The notes under the pieces: model-generated
What the model was told of the DNA's origin: nothing
What the model saw: only the letters and a program-made list of their open reading frames with translations
The model's database searches: none
Assembly (NCBI GenBank): GCA_965248195.1
Contig: CBDFIQ010000002.1
Location: forward strand, 2,688,001 to 2,752,000
DNA: 64,000 nucleotides
Direction: 5' to 3'
Origin: Longimicrobiales bacterium
Lineage (GTDB): Bacteria > Gemmatimonadota > Gemmatimonadetes > Longimicrobiales > Gaopeijiaceae
Shown: in pieces, positions 41,048-51,859 of the stretch
Position numbering within the stretch: position 1 is the first letter of the stretch
Layout: each line of letters begins with the position of its first letter
Program-made: the position numbers and the translations under genes

Positions 41048-43488
41048 GGATCTCCGCGGAGCTCCGGGACCCCGAGGCGGCCGGCTCGCTGGCCGAGGAG
41101 CTGCCCTACTGGGGCTGGCTCGAGGACGGCCGCACGTGCCTGACCCGCACGGGCGAGCTGATCGCGGCCGGGCGGCTGGAGCCCGCGGTAGTCGATGGGC
41201 GTTCGCCCGAACAGATCGACCGCGTGCTGGGCCGCTGGCAGCGGCTGCTGTCGGGGCTCGACGCCGACACACGCCTCTACTTCTATGTGCTGCGTCGGCC
41301 GGTCTCGCCCGAGGCCGCGGACGACGACGGCTCCGGCATCGTAGCGGTGTCGCAGCGGAAGCGGAGTGCGTTTCTGGCCGGGCGGGTGCAGCGGCTCGAG
41401 GCCTACCTGGTCTGGTCGCACGATCCCCGTCTCCGGACGGTCGCCGACGGGCCAACATCGGGAAGAGCGTCCCGGCTCATGCAGTGGTGGAAGCGCCGCC
41501 GAGGGGGCGCGCCGACCTACCTGCGGTCCGAAATCGAGGCCGCCGCCGCCCGCTTTCGCGCGACGGTGGACGCGGGCCGCGCGCTCGTAGGGGAGCACAC
41601 GCCGATCGAGATGCTCGAGCCCGCCGAAGCCTCGCGGCTTCTCTCCGAGCTGATCAACCGTCCGGGCACGATGTGGGACGGCGCGACGGGGAGCGGTATG
41701 AACTGGCGGCTCGCGCTCTCGGAGCTCGAGGCGGAGCGCAGTCACCTCCGTCTCGACGGCGAGCCCGTGATCCTGTACTCGCTTCTCTCGCCACCCGGAC
41801 AGACGCGGGCGAACCTGCTCCAAGAGCTCTACTGCCTGGATGCGGTGATGACGGTCTCGCTCGAGTGGCGGCCCTGGGCGATGGAGGCGGCCCGGCGCCG
41901 GATACGGGGCGCGCAGCGGCATTACTTCGCGCGCCGTTACTCGATGATGGCGCATGTGCAGGAGACGGAGGGCACGGCCGCCGCGATGGTCGACTCGGCC
42001 GCGGCGACCGAGTCCGACCGGCTGGGCGAGGCGCTGGTCGAGCTCGAGGCGGACGGAGTGAGCTACGGCGAGGCCACGCTGACCGTGGCGCTCCACGGCG
42101 AGCTCGGAAGCATCGAACGGCTGGACGGCGACCTGCGGCGTCTCTTCGCGGCCCACGACGCGAAGGTGATCCGGGAGGGCTACGGCCAGCTGCCGGCGTG
42201 GTTCTCGCGGCTCCCGGCTCAGCCCCGCGGGCGGCAGGTGCGGAAGGTGTTCGTGTCGGCCGGCGTCGCGGCGTGTCTGGCACCGTTGTTCGGGCCGCCA
42301 CGGGGCACCGTGAAGAGCAAGCATCTCGGTCGCGAGTCGCTCGCGGTCTTGGAGACGCCGTGGCGCACGGCGTACCACTACGACCTGTTCGCCGGCGACG
42401 TAGGCCACACGTTGATGCTCGGCGCGACCGGCTCGGGCAAGAGCTTCACACTGAACTTCCTGCTGGTCGAAGCTCTCAGGTACGACGCGCACGTCCTGAT
42501 TCTGGACTTGGGCGGCTCGTACCGCTGGCTGACCCGGTTTCTGGGAGGCCGCTACCTGGAGCTCTCGCCCGGCGAGGCGGAGCCCACGCTCCGGTTGCAG
42601 CCGTTCGCCCTCCCGGCGGGCACGCGGACGTTCCAGTTCCTCACGGGCTGGGTGCTCCGGCTGCTGAAGCTCGGCGGCTGGGAGGCGAGCGGAGCGGACA
42701 CGAGCGAGATCCGGGCCCGGATCGAGGACCTGTATGCGTTCGAGCCGGAACGGCGGACGCTGAGCGTCTTGGCAAGCTCGCTTCCGTCCGCGACGTGGCC
42801 GGCGTGGAGCCGCTGGATCGAAGGCGGCGCCTGGGGCGCGTACTTCGATAACCCGGCCGTCGGGGCACCGGATCTCGAGTTCGCCGACTGGCAGGTGATC
42901 GATTTGGCCGGGGCGGTCGAGCATCCGGATCTCTGCGACGCGGCACTCTCCTATCTGCTCGAGCGGATGCGGCTCGAGGTGGAGGACCCGTCCGAGGCGG
43001 CGCGGCTGAAGCTGATGGTCGTGGACGAAGCCTGGCGCTACCTGCAGGACCCGGCCGTACTGAATTACCTGGCCGAGGCGGCGAAGACGTGGCGGAAGAA
43101 GAACGCCGCGCTGGTCCTCGCCACGCAGTCCGCGGTGGACGTGACGGCGACGCCCGGTGCTGCGGCGCTCCTCGAGTCGATCCCGACCAAGCTCTTCCTC
43201 GCGAACCCCGAGCTCCCCGACGCGGTCGGAGCGCTGTTCCGGCTGAACGACTCGGAACTCGCGCAGGTCCGGGGCCTGATCCCCAAGCGCGAGCTCTACC
43301 TCCGCCGCCCGGACGGGGCGGCGGTGCTCCGGCTCGAGGTCGATCCGGAGAGCTACTGGCTCTACACCTCGTCCGCATTGGACGCCGAGGAGAGGGCCCG
43401 GGCCGTCGAGCGTCACGGACTCAGCCGGGCCCTCGAGGTGCTCGCGAGCCGAGACCATCCCACCCCCACCCCCAACGCGAGGAGCTGA
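41044..43488 (+). CDS. virB4: VirB4/TrbE ATPase
   Basis: VGHTLMLGATGSGKS, VVDEAW and WRKKNAALVLATQS. Confidence 0.93.
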   Translation: MRISAELRDPEAAGSLAEELPYWGWLEDGRTCLTRTGELIAAGRLEPAVVDGRSPEQIDRVLGRWQRLLSGLDADTRLYFYVLRRPVSPEAADDDGSGIVAVSQRKRSAFLAGRVQRLEAYLVWSHDPRLRTVADGPTSGRASRLMQWWKRRRGGAPTYLRSEIEAAAARFRATVDAGRALVGEHTPIEMLEPAEASRLLSELINRPGTMWDGATGSGMNWRLALSELEAERSHLRLDGEPVILYSLLSPPGQTRANLLQELYCLDAVMTVSLEWRPWAMEAARRRIRGAQRHYFARRYSMMAHVQETEGTAAAMVDSAAATESDRLGEALVELEADGVSYGEATLTVALHGELGSIERLDGDLRRLFAAHDAKVIREGYGQLPAWFSRLPAQPRGRQVRKVFVSAGVAACLAPLFGPPRGTVKSKHLGRESLAVLETPWRTAYHYDLFAGDVGHTLMLGATGSGKSFTLNFLLVEALRYDAHVLILDLGGSYRWLTRFLGGRYLELSPGEAEPTLRLQPFALPAGTRTFQFLTGWVLRLLKLGGWEASGADTSEIRARIEDLYAFEPERRTLSVLASSLPSATWPAWSRWIEGGAWGAYFDNPAVGAPDLEFADWQVIDLAGAVEHPDLCDAALSYLLERMRLEVEDPSEAARLKLMVVDEAWRYLQDPAVLNYLAEAAKTWRKKNAALVLATQSAVDVTATPGAAALLESIPTKLFLANPELPDAVGALFRLNDSELAQVRGLIPKRELYLRRPDGAAVLRLEVDPESYWLYTSSALDAEERARAVERHGLSRALEVLASRDHPTPTPNARS

Positions 43489-43494
43489 CACGCC

Positions 43495-44361
43495 ATGCGA
43501 TCCCCTACGACACCTATGGTTCTAGCGGCGCTTCTCCTGGCCGCGCTGCCCGCCGGGGCCGCCCCGCAGCAGGAGGACGACGACCAAGCCCTCCTCCGGG
43601 TAGCGGTCCCGGAGGAGGGCGAGGACCGCATTCACCGGCTGCGGACCCAGGTCCGTCACACGACGGTGATCGTGCTCCCCGCCGGGGAGAACATCCTGGA
43701 CTTCGTGGTCGGCGACTCGGAGTACTGGCACCTGACCGGCGCGGCGAACGTCGCGTTCCTGAAGCCCCTCGCTTCGGACGCGGCGACGAATATCGCGCTC
43801 GTATGCGAGTCGGGGCGGATCTACTCGTTCCTGGTGGCTGAGCACAGCGACGGGCCGCCCCATCTGGTCGTTCGCGTAGAGTCCGGAGCAGAGGCGGCGC
43901 GGCTCTCCGGAGGCAGCGGCCGTCCCGCGTTCGTCGCGCGTAGCGAGGTCGCGGCCTACCAACAGATGGCCGCCGAGGCGGCCGAGGCGGCACGTAGCGC
44001 CCGGGAGGCGGCCGAGGCCGGCATCCTGGAAGCCCGGACTCAGGCCGAAACGGAGATCGAGGAGTTCCGTGCGCGCTATCCGGAGCGTCTCGCGTTCGAG
44101 TACCGGCTCGACGGGGACGCGGCGGACCGGCCGTTCCTGGTCGAAGCGATGTGGCACGACGGGCAGTTCACCTACGTCCGCTCCCGCGCCCAGGAGTCGC
44201 CGGCCCTCTATGAGCTCCGGGACGGGGAGCCGGCGCTCGTCGCCTACGACCTCTCAGAGGACGGCCTCTACATCGCCCGCCACGTGCTGGGCGACGGGTG
44301 GCTCCAGATCGGCGACAAGCGGGCTGCCTGGCGGTTCACGCCGCGGGAAGGCCTCCGATGA
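43495..44361 (+). CDS. virB9: VirB9/TrbG
   Basis: Signal peptide, TVIVLPAGE, GDSEYW, FLKP and HDGQFTY...PALY. Confidence 0.88.
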   Translation: MRSPTTPMVLAALLLAALPAGAAPQQEDDDQALLRVAVPEEGEDRIHRLRTQVRHTTVIVLPAGENILDFVVGDSEYWHLTGAANVAFLKPLASDAATNIALVCESGRIYSFLVAEHSDGPPHLVVRVESGAEAARLSGGSGRPAFVARSEVAAYQQMAAEAAEAARSAREAAEAGILEARTQAETEIEEFRARYPERLAFEYRLDGDAADRPFLVEAMWHDGQFTYVRSRAQESPALYELRDGEPALVAYDLSEDGLYIARHVLGDGWLQIGDKRAAWRFTPREGLR

Positions 44362-45626
44362 GCCGTTGGAAGCAGTGGGTATCGCCGCCGGAAGGTGCGC
44401 TCCCCGGCGGGATCGTGACGAAGGCGGGCGTGGTGTTGATCGCCGTGCTCGTCGGTGGACTGCTCCTGTCCTGGGCGATGACGGGTCCCGAGGAAGATGC
44501 GCCCGCTCTCGGGGCATTGCCCGAGGCGCAGGCGGTCGACGACGGGATGGGCCGTTCGCTCCAGAACCGCATTCGTGCGGAGGCCGAGCGGCAGGCCCAG
44601 CAGGCCGCCGCCCGAGCGCGCGCCGAGCTCGAGCGCCGGCAGGCTGCGGCCGCCGGGGAGATGGCTCGGCTCCAGACGGAGTCGGAGACGCCGAACACCG
44701 CAGCCTTGATCCCAGGCGTGAGCGCGGCCGAGTCGGAGCTTCGGGAGGCGCTTCGGCTCGAGGAGCTGGAGCGAAGAACCCGCTCGCTCCGTGCCCTTCC
44801 CGTCGCTCAGTCGTACAGGGACCCGAATGCAGCTGCGGAGTCGTCCGAAGCCGGCACCGGCGATGCGGCCGACGCGGATGTGGCGCTCCTCGAGAACGCG
44901 GTCCAAGCGGCTCTCGCATCCTTCGAGCAGTCGGTCGGGGCGCTCGAGGAGGAGTTGGCAGCGGAGTTGGCGGCCGGGCAGCTCCTCTCCGGCTCCCCGG
45001 GACCTGCCGCACCGCCAAGCTCTCCTCGCCCCCCCGGCACGGCTGAGCCCGGCCGGAGCGTCCGGCCCGCCGACCCGCCGGGTTGGGAGCGGATCTACGA
45101 GGGCTCGTTCCTCGAGGCGGTGCTGCTCACGCAGCTCACGGGCGATTTCCCCGGGCCCGTGCTCGCGACCGTCTCGGTCCCGTTCTATTCGGCCGACCGC
45201 CAGCGGATCCTGATCCCGCGCGGCGTGCGCGTCGTCGGCACGGCCCAGGCCGTTCAGGACCCGGACCAGAGCCGGCTCGCCGTCGCCTTCCACCGGTTGC
45301 TCCTGCCCGACGGCAGCTGGATCGACCTCGAGTTCACCGGCCTGAACCAGGCGGGCGAGGGCGCTCTTCAGGACCAGGTCGACCGCCACTACTTCAGCAC
45401 GTTCGCGGCCGCCGGAGCCATCGGCGTCGTGAGCGGGCTCGCCTTGGCCGGCGGTTCGCCGTTCGGCCTCAGGGCGGGCGTCGGCCAGGGACTCGGCCAG
45501 AGCGCGACCTCGGTCCTCGACCGGTTCCTGAACCGGCTACCCACCCTCACGATCCGCGCAGGCCATCGCCTGCGCATCTGGTTCACGTCCGATGTCCTGG
45601 TCCCCAGGGCCGGGACACGGCAATAA
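44358..45626 (+). CDS. virB10: VirB10/TrbI
   Basis: EGSFLEAVL, ILIPRG, GALQDQVDRHY and PTLTIRAG. Confidence 0.92.
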   Translation: MSRWKQWVSPPEGALPGGIVTKAGVVLIAVLVGGLLLSWAMTGPEEDAPALGALPEAQAVDDGMGRSLQNRIRAEAERQAQQAAARARAELERRQAAAAGEMARLQTESETPNTAALIPGVSAAESELREALRLEELERRTRSLRALPVAQSYRDPNAAAESSEAGTGDAADADVALLENAVQAALASFEQSVGALEEELAAELAAGQLLSGSPGPAAPPSSPRPPGTAEPGRSVRPADPPGWERIYEGSFLEAVLLTQLTGDFPGPVLATVSVPFYSADRQRILIPRGVRVVGTAQAVQDPDQSRLAVAFHRLLLPDGSWIDLEFTGLNQAGEGALQDQVDRHYFSTFAAAGAIGVVSGLALAGGSPFGLRAGVGQGLGQSATSVLDRFLNRLPTLTIRAGHRLRIWFTSDVLVPRAGTRQ

Positions 45627-45643
45627 CAAACAAGGAGCTCATC

Positions 45644-46552
45644 ATGCGTCACCGCAGCCTCACCACCGTCCTCCTCGTCTCGGTCCTGATGCTCGCGAGC
45701 GCTGGGCCGGCCAACGCCCTGTTCGACATCGGCGGCGTGATCCAGCGGGCCCAGATGATCGTGAACCAAGCGACCCAGATCGCGAACCAGATCCGCCAGA
45801 TGCGGACGATGACCCGCCAACTCACCGAGCTCGAGGAGCAGCTCGACTACATGAGAGAGGCCGCGAGGGGCGAGGTGGACGCGCTGATCGAACCGTTCTC
45901 GGAGCTGGCGGCCGGATCCATCGGCCTCGTCGGCGACGGCCTCGACTGGGGCTCCGAGTTCAGCGGCGCAGCCGGCGAGCTGGTCGAAGCAGTGCGTGAC
46001 ATGGGGAGCGGCGACTCGTTCACCGACGTCTGGCGGAGCGCCCAAGGGGTGGCCGACCAGGTGAGCGAGGCGGACATCCTCGAGCTCTACCGTAACCGCC
46101 CGGCCGAGGCATCCTCCCGTGCGGTTGAGGACTACCGCCAGGCCAAGGAGGCCGCCGACCGCCAGCGCGTGCTCGACTACGCGATGATGGACGCCGCGGC
46201 CTCGCTCGCATCGACCGTCGAGAGCGCACAGGACTCGTTCGACGACCTGACCGCGAACGGCAATCTCTCGAATACGGCGCTCCAGCAGGCGCAGGTCGCG
46301 GCCGCGCTGACCCAGGGCCGGATCAACGCCGCCGTGGCGCAGGTGCTCGCCTATCAGGCCGTCGAGCAAGCGAACCGGATGCAGCAGGCCGAGATCGACC
46401 GGCTCGAGCGGCTCGCCGAGTGGAGGGACGCACGCCTCCGTACGAACGCGATGGCCGATGCGATGCGGGCGGCCGCGTTCCAGAACCGCGACCGGCTCCG
46501 GGAAGGGCTCCTGTTCAAGATCCCGTCGTTCTACATGGGCGGCCAAGTTTAG
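45644..46552 (+). CDS. TrbJ/VirB5-like exported helical protein
   Basis: AAGGAG RBS, signal peptide and NQATQIANQIRQ coiled coil; precedes virB6. Confidence 0.65.
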   Translation: MRHRSLTTVLLVSVLMLASAGPANALFDIGGVIQRAQMIVNQATQIANQIRQMRTMTRQLTELEEQLDYMREAARGEVDALIEPFSELAAGSIGLVGDGLDWGSEFSGAAGELVEAVRDMGSGDSFTDVWRSAQGVADQVSEADILELYRNRPAEASSRAVEDYRQAKEAADRQRVLDYAMMDAAASLASTVESAQDSFDDLTANGNLSNTALQQAQVAAALTQGRINAAVAQVLAYQAVEQANRMQQAEIDRLERLAEWRDARLRTNAMADAMRAAAFQNRDRLREGLLFKIPSFYMGGQV

Positions 46553-46570
46553 GCCCCGGGAGCGACTGTC

Positions 46571-47581
46571 ATGCAGCTCGTGCCACCGCAGTCGATCGAT
46601 CCGAACGTCCCGGCCCAGATCCCCGCGGATCAGCTCCAGGACTTCAAGGGGTTCCTGGACATCGTGCTCGACACCGTGGTCGGCGGCGCCGCGCCCGACG
46701 TGCTCACGCTCGGCCACCAGCTGTGGGGCGGTCTCGCGGCGATCGTCGTCGCATGGAGCGGCCTCAAGATCGCGTTCAGCGGAACCTTCGAGCCCTGGTC
46801 CCTCGTGCGTGTCGTGCTCGGGATCGCGATTCCGAGGACGCTGCTCCACTACTACAGCGTTCCGATCCCGGGCGTGGGCTTCACGTTTCCGGCCATGGTC
46901 GCGGCCGGAGGGATCTGGCTCCAGAACCTGTTCATCTCCGATGTCGTGTCCGTCGGCTACACGGAGATGACCGCGCTCGTCCAGGCGTTCGCCGCCCGGC
47001 TCGGAGCGGCATGGTCGGGCGGGAGCCTGATGACCCTCGTGACCGAGGGCGTGAGCGTGTTCTTCTCGTCCCTCGTCGCGCTGATGATGGGCGTGCCGCT
47101 CGTGCTCGGCCTGGTCGCACTCTTCTGCCTTACCTACGCGCAGGTGATCTGGGCGCAGGTGGCGCTCGCGATCGTGATCCTGCTCGGGCCGGTGTTCATC
47201 CCCTGGCTGCTGTTCGAGCCGCTCGCGTTCCTGTTCTGGGGATGGTTCCGCACGCTCATGGTCTACACGCTCTACGGCGTCGTGGCCGGAGCCATCCTCC
47301 GCGTCTTCATGGGCGTCGGCATGGGCTACGTCACCACCTATACCGGCGCCTTGATGGGCACCGGCTCCTCCGACCCGGCCGAGCTGGGGCTGTGGGTCGT
47401 CGTCCTCCTACCGCTTGTCGTCTCCGGCCTGATGGCCGGCATGAAGGTGGGCGAGCTCGCCGCGATGCTCGTCTCCGGCTCCGGATCCGTCGGGTCGGGC
47501 ATGATGGCGCTCGTGGTGCGTGGAGGCGGACGCCTCAGCGCTGCCGCGAACCCGGCCCGCCCCCCAATCCCCGGAGGCTGA
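46571..47581 (+). CDS. virB6: VirB6/TrbL
   Basis: Polytopic membrane protein with LLGPVFIPWLLF...FWGWFR. Confidence 0.85.
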   Translation: MQLVPPQSIDPNVPAQIPADQLQDFKGFLDIVLDTVVGGAAPDVLTLGHQLWGGLAAIVVAWSGLKIAFSGTFEPWSLVRVVLGIAIPRTLLHYYSVPIPGVGFTFPAMVAAGGIWLQNLFISDVVSVGYTEMTALVQAFAARLGAAWSGGSLMTLVTEGVSVFFSSLVALMMGVPLVLGLVALFCLTYAQVIWAQVALAIVILLGPVFIPWLLFEPLAFLFWGWFRTLMVYTLYGVVAGAILRVFMGVGMGYVTTYTGALMGTGSSDPAELGLWVVVLLPLVVSGLMAGMKVGELAAMLVSGSGSVGSGMMALVVRGGGRLSAAANPARPPIPGG

Positions 47582-47592
47582 AGGAGACGTCC

Positions 47593-48261
47593 ATGAACCG
47601 AGAACACGATGCCGGCCGCGAGTACGCGGAAATTTGGGGCGAGACCGTCGAGGCTAACCGGAAACTCCGGACGCTGGCGATGATCCTCGCCGCCGCGTGC
47701 CTCGCGCTCGGCGTGCTCCTCCTCCGGGTCGCGACCGTCGAGCCGCCCCGCCCGATCGTGGTCCGGGTCGACGAGGTCGGCCGCGCCGAGGCCGTGGCCT
47801 ACGAGGCCGCCACGGCGCAGGCGGATCCGCTCGATCCCACGACCAAGTACTTCCTTAACCGCTTCATCTCCGACTTCTACTCCAGGCGCCGGGCGACGGT
47901 CGAGCAGCACTGGACGCGGAGCCTCCGGTTCCTGTCGACCGAGCTGGCGAACGCCGCGTTCACGCGTGACGGCGCCGAGGTCGCCGCGATGGCCGCGGGC
48001 ACCTCCGACACCGAGCTCCAGGTCGAGCAGGTCGTGCTCCGCATCCACCCGGCACCGGAGGCGCCGCACGGCGCGACCGCCGACTTCGACCTAGTCCACT
48101 TCAGGCAGGGGCAGGAGACGCTGAGGGAGCGGTGGTCGATCACGGTCCGGTTCACGTTCCTCACCGTCATCCCCTCCGAGCTCGTCGTCTACAACCCGAT
48201 GGGCATCCTCATCACCTACCTCCAGGCCGACCGGGCCCTGGTCACGGAGCAGCCCAGGTGA
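47593..48261 (+). CDS. virB8: VirB8/TrbF
   Basis: TM segment, PIVVRVDEVG and C-terminal NPMGILIT. Confidence 0.88.
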   Translation: MNREHDAGREYAEIWGETVEANRKLRTLAMILAAACLALGVLLLRVATVEPPRPIVVRVDEVGRAEAVAYEAATAQADPLDPTTKYFLNRFISDFYSRRRATVEQHWTRSLRFLSTELANAAFTRDGAEVAAMAAGTSDTELQVEQVVLRIHPAPEAPHGATADFDLVHFRQGQETLRERWSITVRFTFLTVIPSELVVYNPMGILITYLQADRALVTEQPR

Positions 48262-49190
48262 TCGCCCATCTCGCCGGGCGAGAGAGGGCGCTCGAACCGT
48301 TCGGTTGGACGGGACGCCAGGCCGAGTGGATCGCGCTCGTCTGCCTCCACAGCGGCGTGTTCACCCGCACACAGGCGACGCGGTTCCTGGACACGCATCA
48401 CGAGCGGGCGCGCCGCCTCGTCCACGCGCTGATCACGCCGGGCCTCGCCGCCGAGGAGACCGTGCCGGGCGTTCGGGGGATCGGCCGCGTGTGCCGGATC
48501 TTCTCCCGGGGTCTATACCGCGCGCTCGGAGCCGAGCACATCCGCCACCGCCGCACGGCGTCCGCCGACGTGCTCATGCGCCGCCTGCTCTCGCTCGACT
48601 ACGTGATCGAGCATCCCGGCTTGCCTTGGCTGGCCACCGAATCCGAGAAAGTCGCCGCGTTCGAGGCCCTCGGCATCGAACACGGGCTGCTGCCCGTCCG
48701 GGTTTACCGGGGTGCCGCCGGTGCGACTCGGCGCTACTTTCCGGTAAAGCTGCCGGTCGCGCTGGAGGCCGAGAGCGCCGTCTTCGTCTACGCCGATCCC
48801 GGCCACGCGACCGCGACCGCGCTTCACTCCTGGGGTGCGGCGCACCGCGGGCTCTGGCACGCGCTTGGGAGACGAGGCCGATCCGTCGAGGTTGTCGCGG
48901 TCGGTCGCACCTCGAGAGAGCTTGAGCGGGCACGGCGAGTCATGCGGCACTGGGCCGAGCCCTCCGGTCCAGCCGAACTCGACCCCCAGGTTCGCAAGGA
49001 GCTCGCCCGGATCGAGGAGGCCATTCTCGCGGGCGCGGTCCCGATCCTGGAGGAGTACGGCGGTCTCCAGGCCGCCATGAAGCGCAGCGTGGCGCTGGAG
49101 AAACAGGCCCGACGGCAGGCCGCCCGCGCCTCAATCCGCCGCGGCAGCACATGGCGGACCGCACGCCTCGCCGGGGCTCGCTACCGATGA
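48258..49190 (+). CDS. Hypothetical protein with a predicted N-terminal winged helix
   Basis: GTGA overlap with virB8; WIALVCLHSGVFTRTQ; a degraded paralog lies at 27098-28810. Confidence 0.75.
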   Translation: MIAHLAGRERALEPFGWTGRQAEWIALVCLHSGVFTRTQATRFLDTHHERARRLVHALITPGLAAEETVPGVRGIGRVCRIFSRGLYRALGAEHIRHRRTASADVLMRRLLSLDYVIEHPGLPWLATESEKVAAFEALGIEHGLLPVRVYRGAAGATRRYFPVKLPVALEAESAVFVYADPGHATATALHSWGAAHRGLWHALGRRGRSVEVVAVGRTSRELERARRVMRHWAEPSGPAELDPQVRKELARIEEAILAGAVPILEEYGGLQAAMKRSVALEKQARRQAARASIRRGSTWRTARLAGARYR

Positions 49191-49485
49191 GCGGCGCGCG
49201 ACTTACGGCCGCACTGGAGTGCGCAAACGACGCGGGGGTACGATTCACACTTCGGCGCCCCGGCGATTCACACGGAGCTTCCCGCCTATCCGCTGGCGCC
49301 GCAGCGTCTTGCGCTTCCGCGGACAGGCCGGCCAGCGCTGTACGGGCGGCACCGTCCGTGGTGGGAGCGACCCCCCAGTCCGAGGGCCTGGTACGGGTTC
49401 GGGGCCAGGTGTGTTTGCGCACCTGCCCCCGCCCTCCTGGGGTCGCTCCCGAGCCATCGATCCTTCCAGGAAGGGTGTTGGACCG

Positions 49486-51522
49486 ATGAGGCCGGCTACG
49501 CTCGCCATCATCGGCACCGCTCTGGGAGCGGCCGCCGGCCACGCGTTCTGGGCACCGTTCCCCGGCATGGGCGGCAACCCGGTTCTGGACCTGATCGCCT
49601 ACCACGATCCGGGCCTTCACACGGTGATCCGCGTCTGGTACTACGCGGCCCCGGCCGTCGTCGTCGTCCTCGCCGGGAGCGTGTGCCTCTCGGTCTGGAG
49701 GGTGTGGCTTCAGCCGCGTGCAAGACGCCGCGGCCGGGGCAGCCTGCCCGCCTGGCCCACCTCGCCGAACGATGCCGCGCCCTCGCTCGTGATCGGCGAG
49801 CTCCACCATCCCGTCGTCCCGCGCGAGAGCGAGCGGCCCTCCTGGCTCGTCGTTCCCGAGACGGGGCTCTACACCGGCGTCCTCGTCGTCGGCGCCGTCG
49901 GCACCGGCAAGACCACCGCCTGCATGTACCCGTTCGCCCAGCAGCTCCTCTCGTGGCAAGCCGACCGGGCCGGGCGCCGGGCCAGCGCCCTTGTGCTCGA
50001 GGTCAAGGGCGACTTCTGCTACAGCGTGCGGGGGATCCTCGACGCCGCCGGGCGCGGCGGCGACTACCTCGAGATCGGGCTCGACGGCTCGTTGCAGTGG
50101 AACCCGCTCGACGATCCGCTGCTCGACTCCTACTCGCTCGCCTACGGCGTCGCCTCCCTCATCAACCAGCTCTTCGGCAAGAGCCGAGAACCGTTCTGGC
50201 AGCAAGCCTATACGAATCTCGTGCGCTGGATCATCGAACTGCACCGGCTCTTGCCGGGGGGCTGGGTCACGCTGCAGGACATCTACCGCTGCACGGTGGA
50301 TGCGGAACTGTTCGGCCGGAAGATCGGCGAGGCCCGCGAGCTGGCCGACCGGCTCTGCCCGGTGCGGGCCGTCATCGCGACCAAGGATCTCGCCGCTCAC
50401 AAGGAACCCCTCGGGGAATGGGGCTGGGAGCCGGTGCCCGGCTCGGACAAGGCGGCTTGCCGGCTCGACCCCGCACTCCGGGACCGGCTCAAGGAACTCA
50501 AGGTCGCATACGCGACGGAGGAGAGCGGGGGCGGCGCGGGGAGCGAGTTCCGTGAGCAGGTCGAGGCCATCGAGCGGTGGTATCTGCATGACTGGACGGC
50601 GCTCGACGCCAAGCTCCGCACGTCGATCGTCGAGGGCATCAGCGTGTTCCTCTCGCTCTTCGACCAGCCGCAGGTCGCCGGCGTGTTCTGCCCGCCGCCT
50701 CCCGAGCCGGATGAGTCTATATATATAGGTGACGATGCACCGGACGAGGACGCCGAGGCCGTCCGGCCCGTGCCGGGCCTCCGGCGCCGGCTGCCGCCGC
50801 TCAGCGAGCTGATCGAGGGCGGCAAGGTCCTGGCGCTCAACATGCCCGCGGGCGCGAACCCCGCGCTCGCCCGCGCCATCGGCGTCCTCTTGAAGAACGC
50901 CTGGATGCAGGCGCTGCTGCGGCGGCCCGCCGAGGCCGCCCGCCGGCCCGGACGCTACCTCCGACCCGCCGTGTTCATCTGCGACGAGTACCAGGCGTTC
51001 GCGACCGTCGGCCAGGACGATCCCTCGGGCGACGAGAAGGCGTTCGCGCTCACCCGGCAGTGCCGCTGCGTCCCGATCGTCGCCACGCAGTCGATCTCCT
51101 CGCTCCGCTCCGTGCTCCCCGGAGGCGAGGCCTGGCGCACGCTCCTCCAGACGCTCCGCACCCGGATCTTCCTCTCGCTGTCCGACGAGTCGTCGGCCCG
51201 GATCGCGTCCGAGATGTGCGGCAGCGTCATGAAGACGCAGCCCTCCTACACGTTCACCGAGACCACGGGCAGGCCCGAGTTCTCGCTCTTGTCCGGGCGA
51301 GCCGGAGGGGGCCGCGGCACGATCGGCGCGAGCAAGTCGTTCCGGCAGCAGAGGGAGCCCGTGTTCACGCCGCGCGAGTTCGCGCTGTTGGCCAACTACC
51401 AGGCGATCTGTCTGCCCTACGACGGCACGAAGTCGCTCCCTGCCCGGCGCGTCTACCTGAAACCCCACTACCTGCCGAGGGACGTGGGCTACTGGCGGCT
51501 CCGCGAGGAGGGACGGATATGA
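49486..51522 (+). CDS. virD4: VirD4/TraD-like coupling protein
   Basis: N-terminal TM segments, GAVGTGKT, WNPL, FICDEYQ and ATQSIS. Confidence 0.88.
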   Translation: MRPATLAIIGTALGAAAGHAFWAPFPGMGGNPVLDLIAYHDPGLHTVIRVWYYAAPAVVVVLAGSVCLSVWRVWLQPRARRRGRGSLPAWPTSPNDAAPSLVIGELHHPVVPRESERPSWLVVPETGLYTGVLVVGAVGTGKTTACMYPFAQQLLSWQADRAGRRASALVLEVKGDFCYSVRGILDAAGRGGDYLEIGLDGSLQWNPLDDPLLDSYSLAYGVASLINQLFGKSREPFWQQAYTNLVRWIIELHRLLPGGWVTLQDIYRCTVDAELFGRKIGEARELADRLCPVRAVIATKDLAAHKEPLGEWGWEPVPGSDKAACRLDPALRDRLKELKVAYATEESGGGAGSEFREQVEAIERWYLHDWTALDAKLRTSIVEGISVFLSLFDQPQVAGVFCPPPPEPDESIYIGDDAPDEDAEAVRPVPGLRRRLPPLSELIEGGKVLALNMPAGANPALARAIGVLLKNAWMQALLRRPAEAARRPGRYLRPAVFICDEYQAFATVGQDDPSGDEKAFALTRQCRCVPIVATQSISSLRSVLPGGEAWRTLLQTLRTRIFLSLSDESSARIASEMCGSVMKTQPSYTFTETTGRPEFSLLSGRAGGGRGTIGASKSFRQQREPVFTPREFALLANYQAICLPYDGTKSLPARRVYLKPHYLPRDVGYWRLREEGRI

Positions 51523-51859
51523 AGCGCGCAAGCGGGATCGGCCACCTGAAGCCGTTCCTTCCGGGCCTGGAGACGCTCCTCGAGGACCCGGAGGTCTCCG
51601 AGATCATGATCAACGGACCCGGCAACGTCTGGATCGAGCGAGGCGGCCGGCTCGAGCCCCACGAGGCGCCGGGACTCACCGCCGCCTGGCTCCACCGCGC
51701 CGCGATCCACATCGCCCGGCCGCTCGGCCTCGATCCCGCCGCCAGACCCATCCTCGATGCCCGTCTCGAGGACGGCTCAAGGGTCGCCATCTGCACGCCG
51801 CCCGCGAGTCCCGAGGTCGCCATCACCATACGCCGGTTCGGGGGCCGCGCGTTCTCGGC

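Noticed and set aside
40975..51531. Long antisense ORFs (838, 863 and 486 aa)
   Set aside because: Shadow frames of GC-rich T4SS genes, with no motifs.
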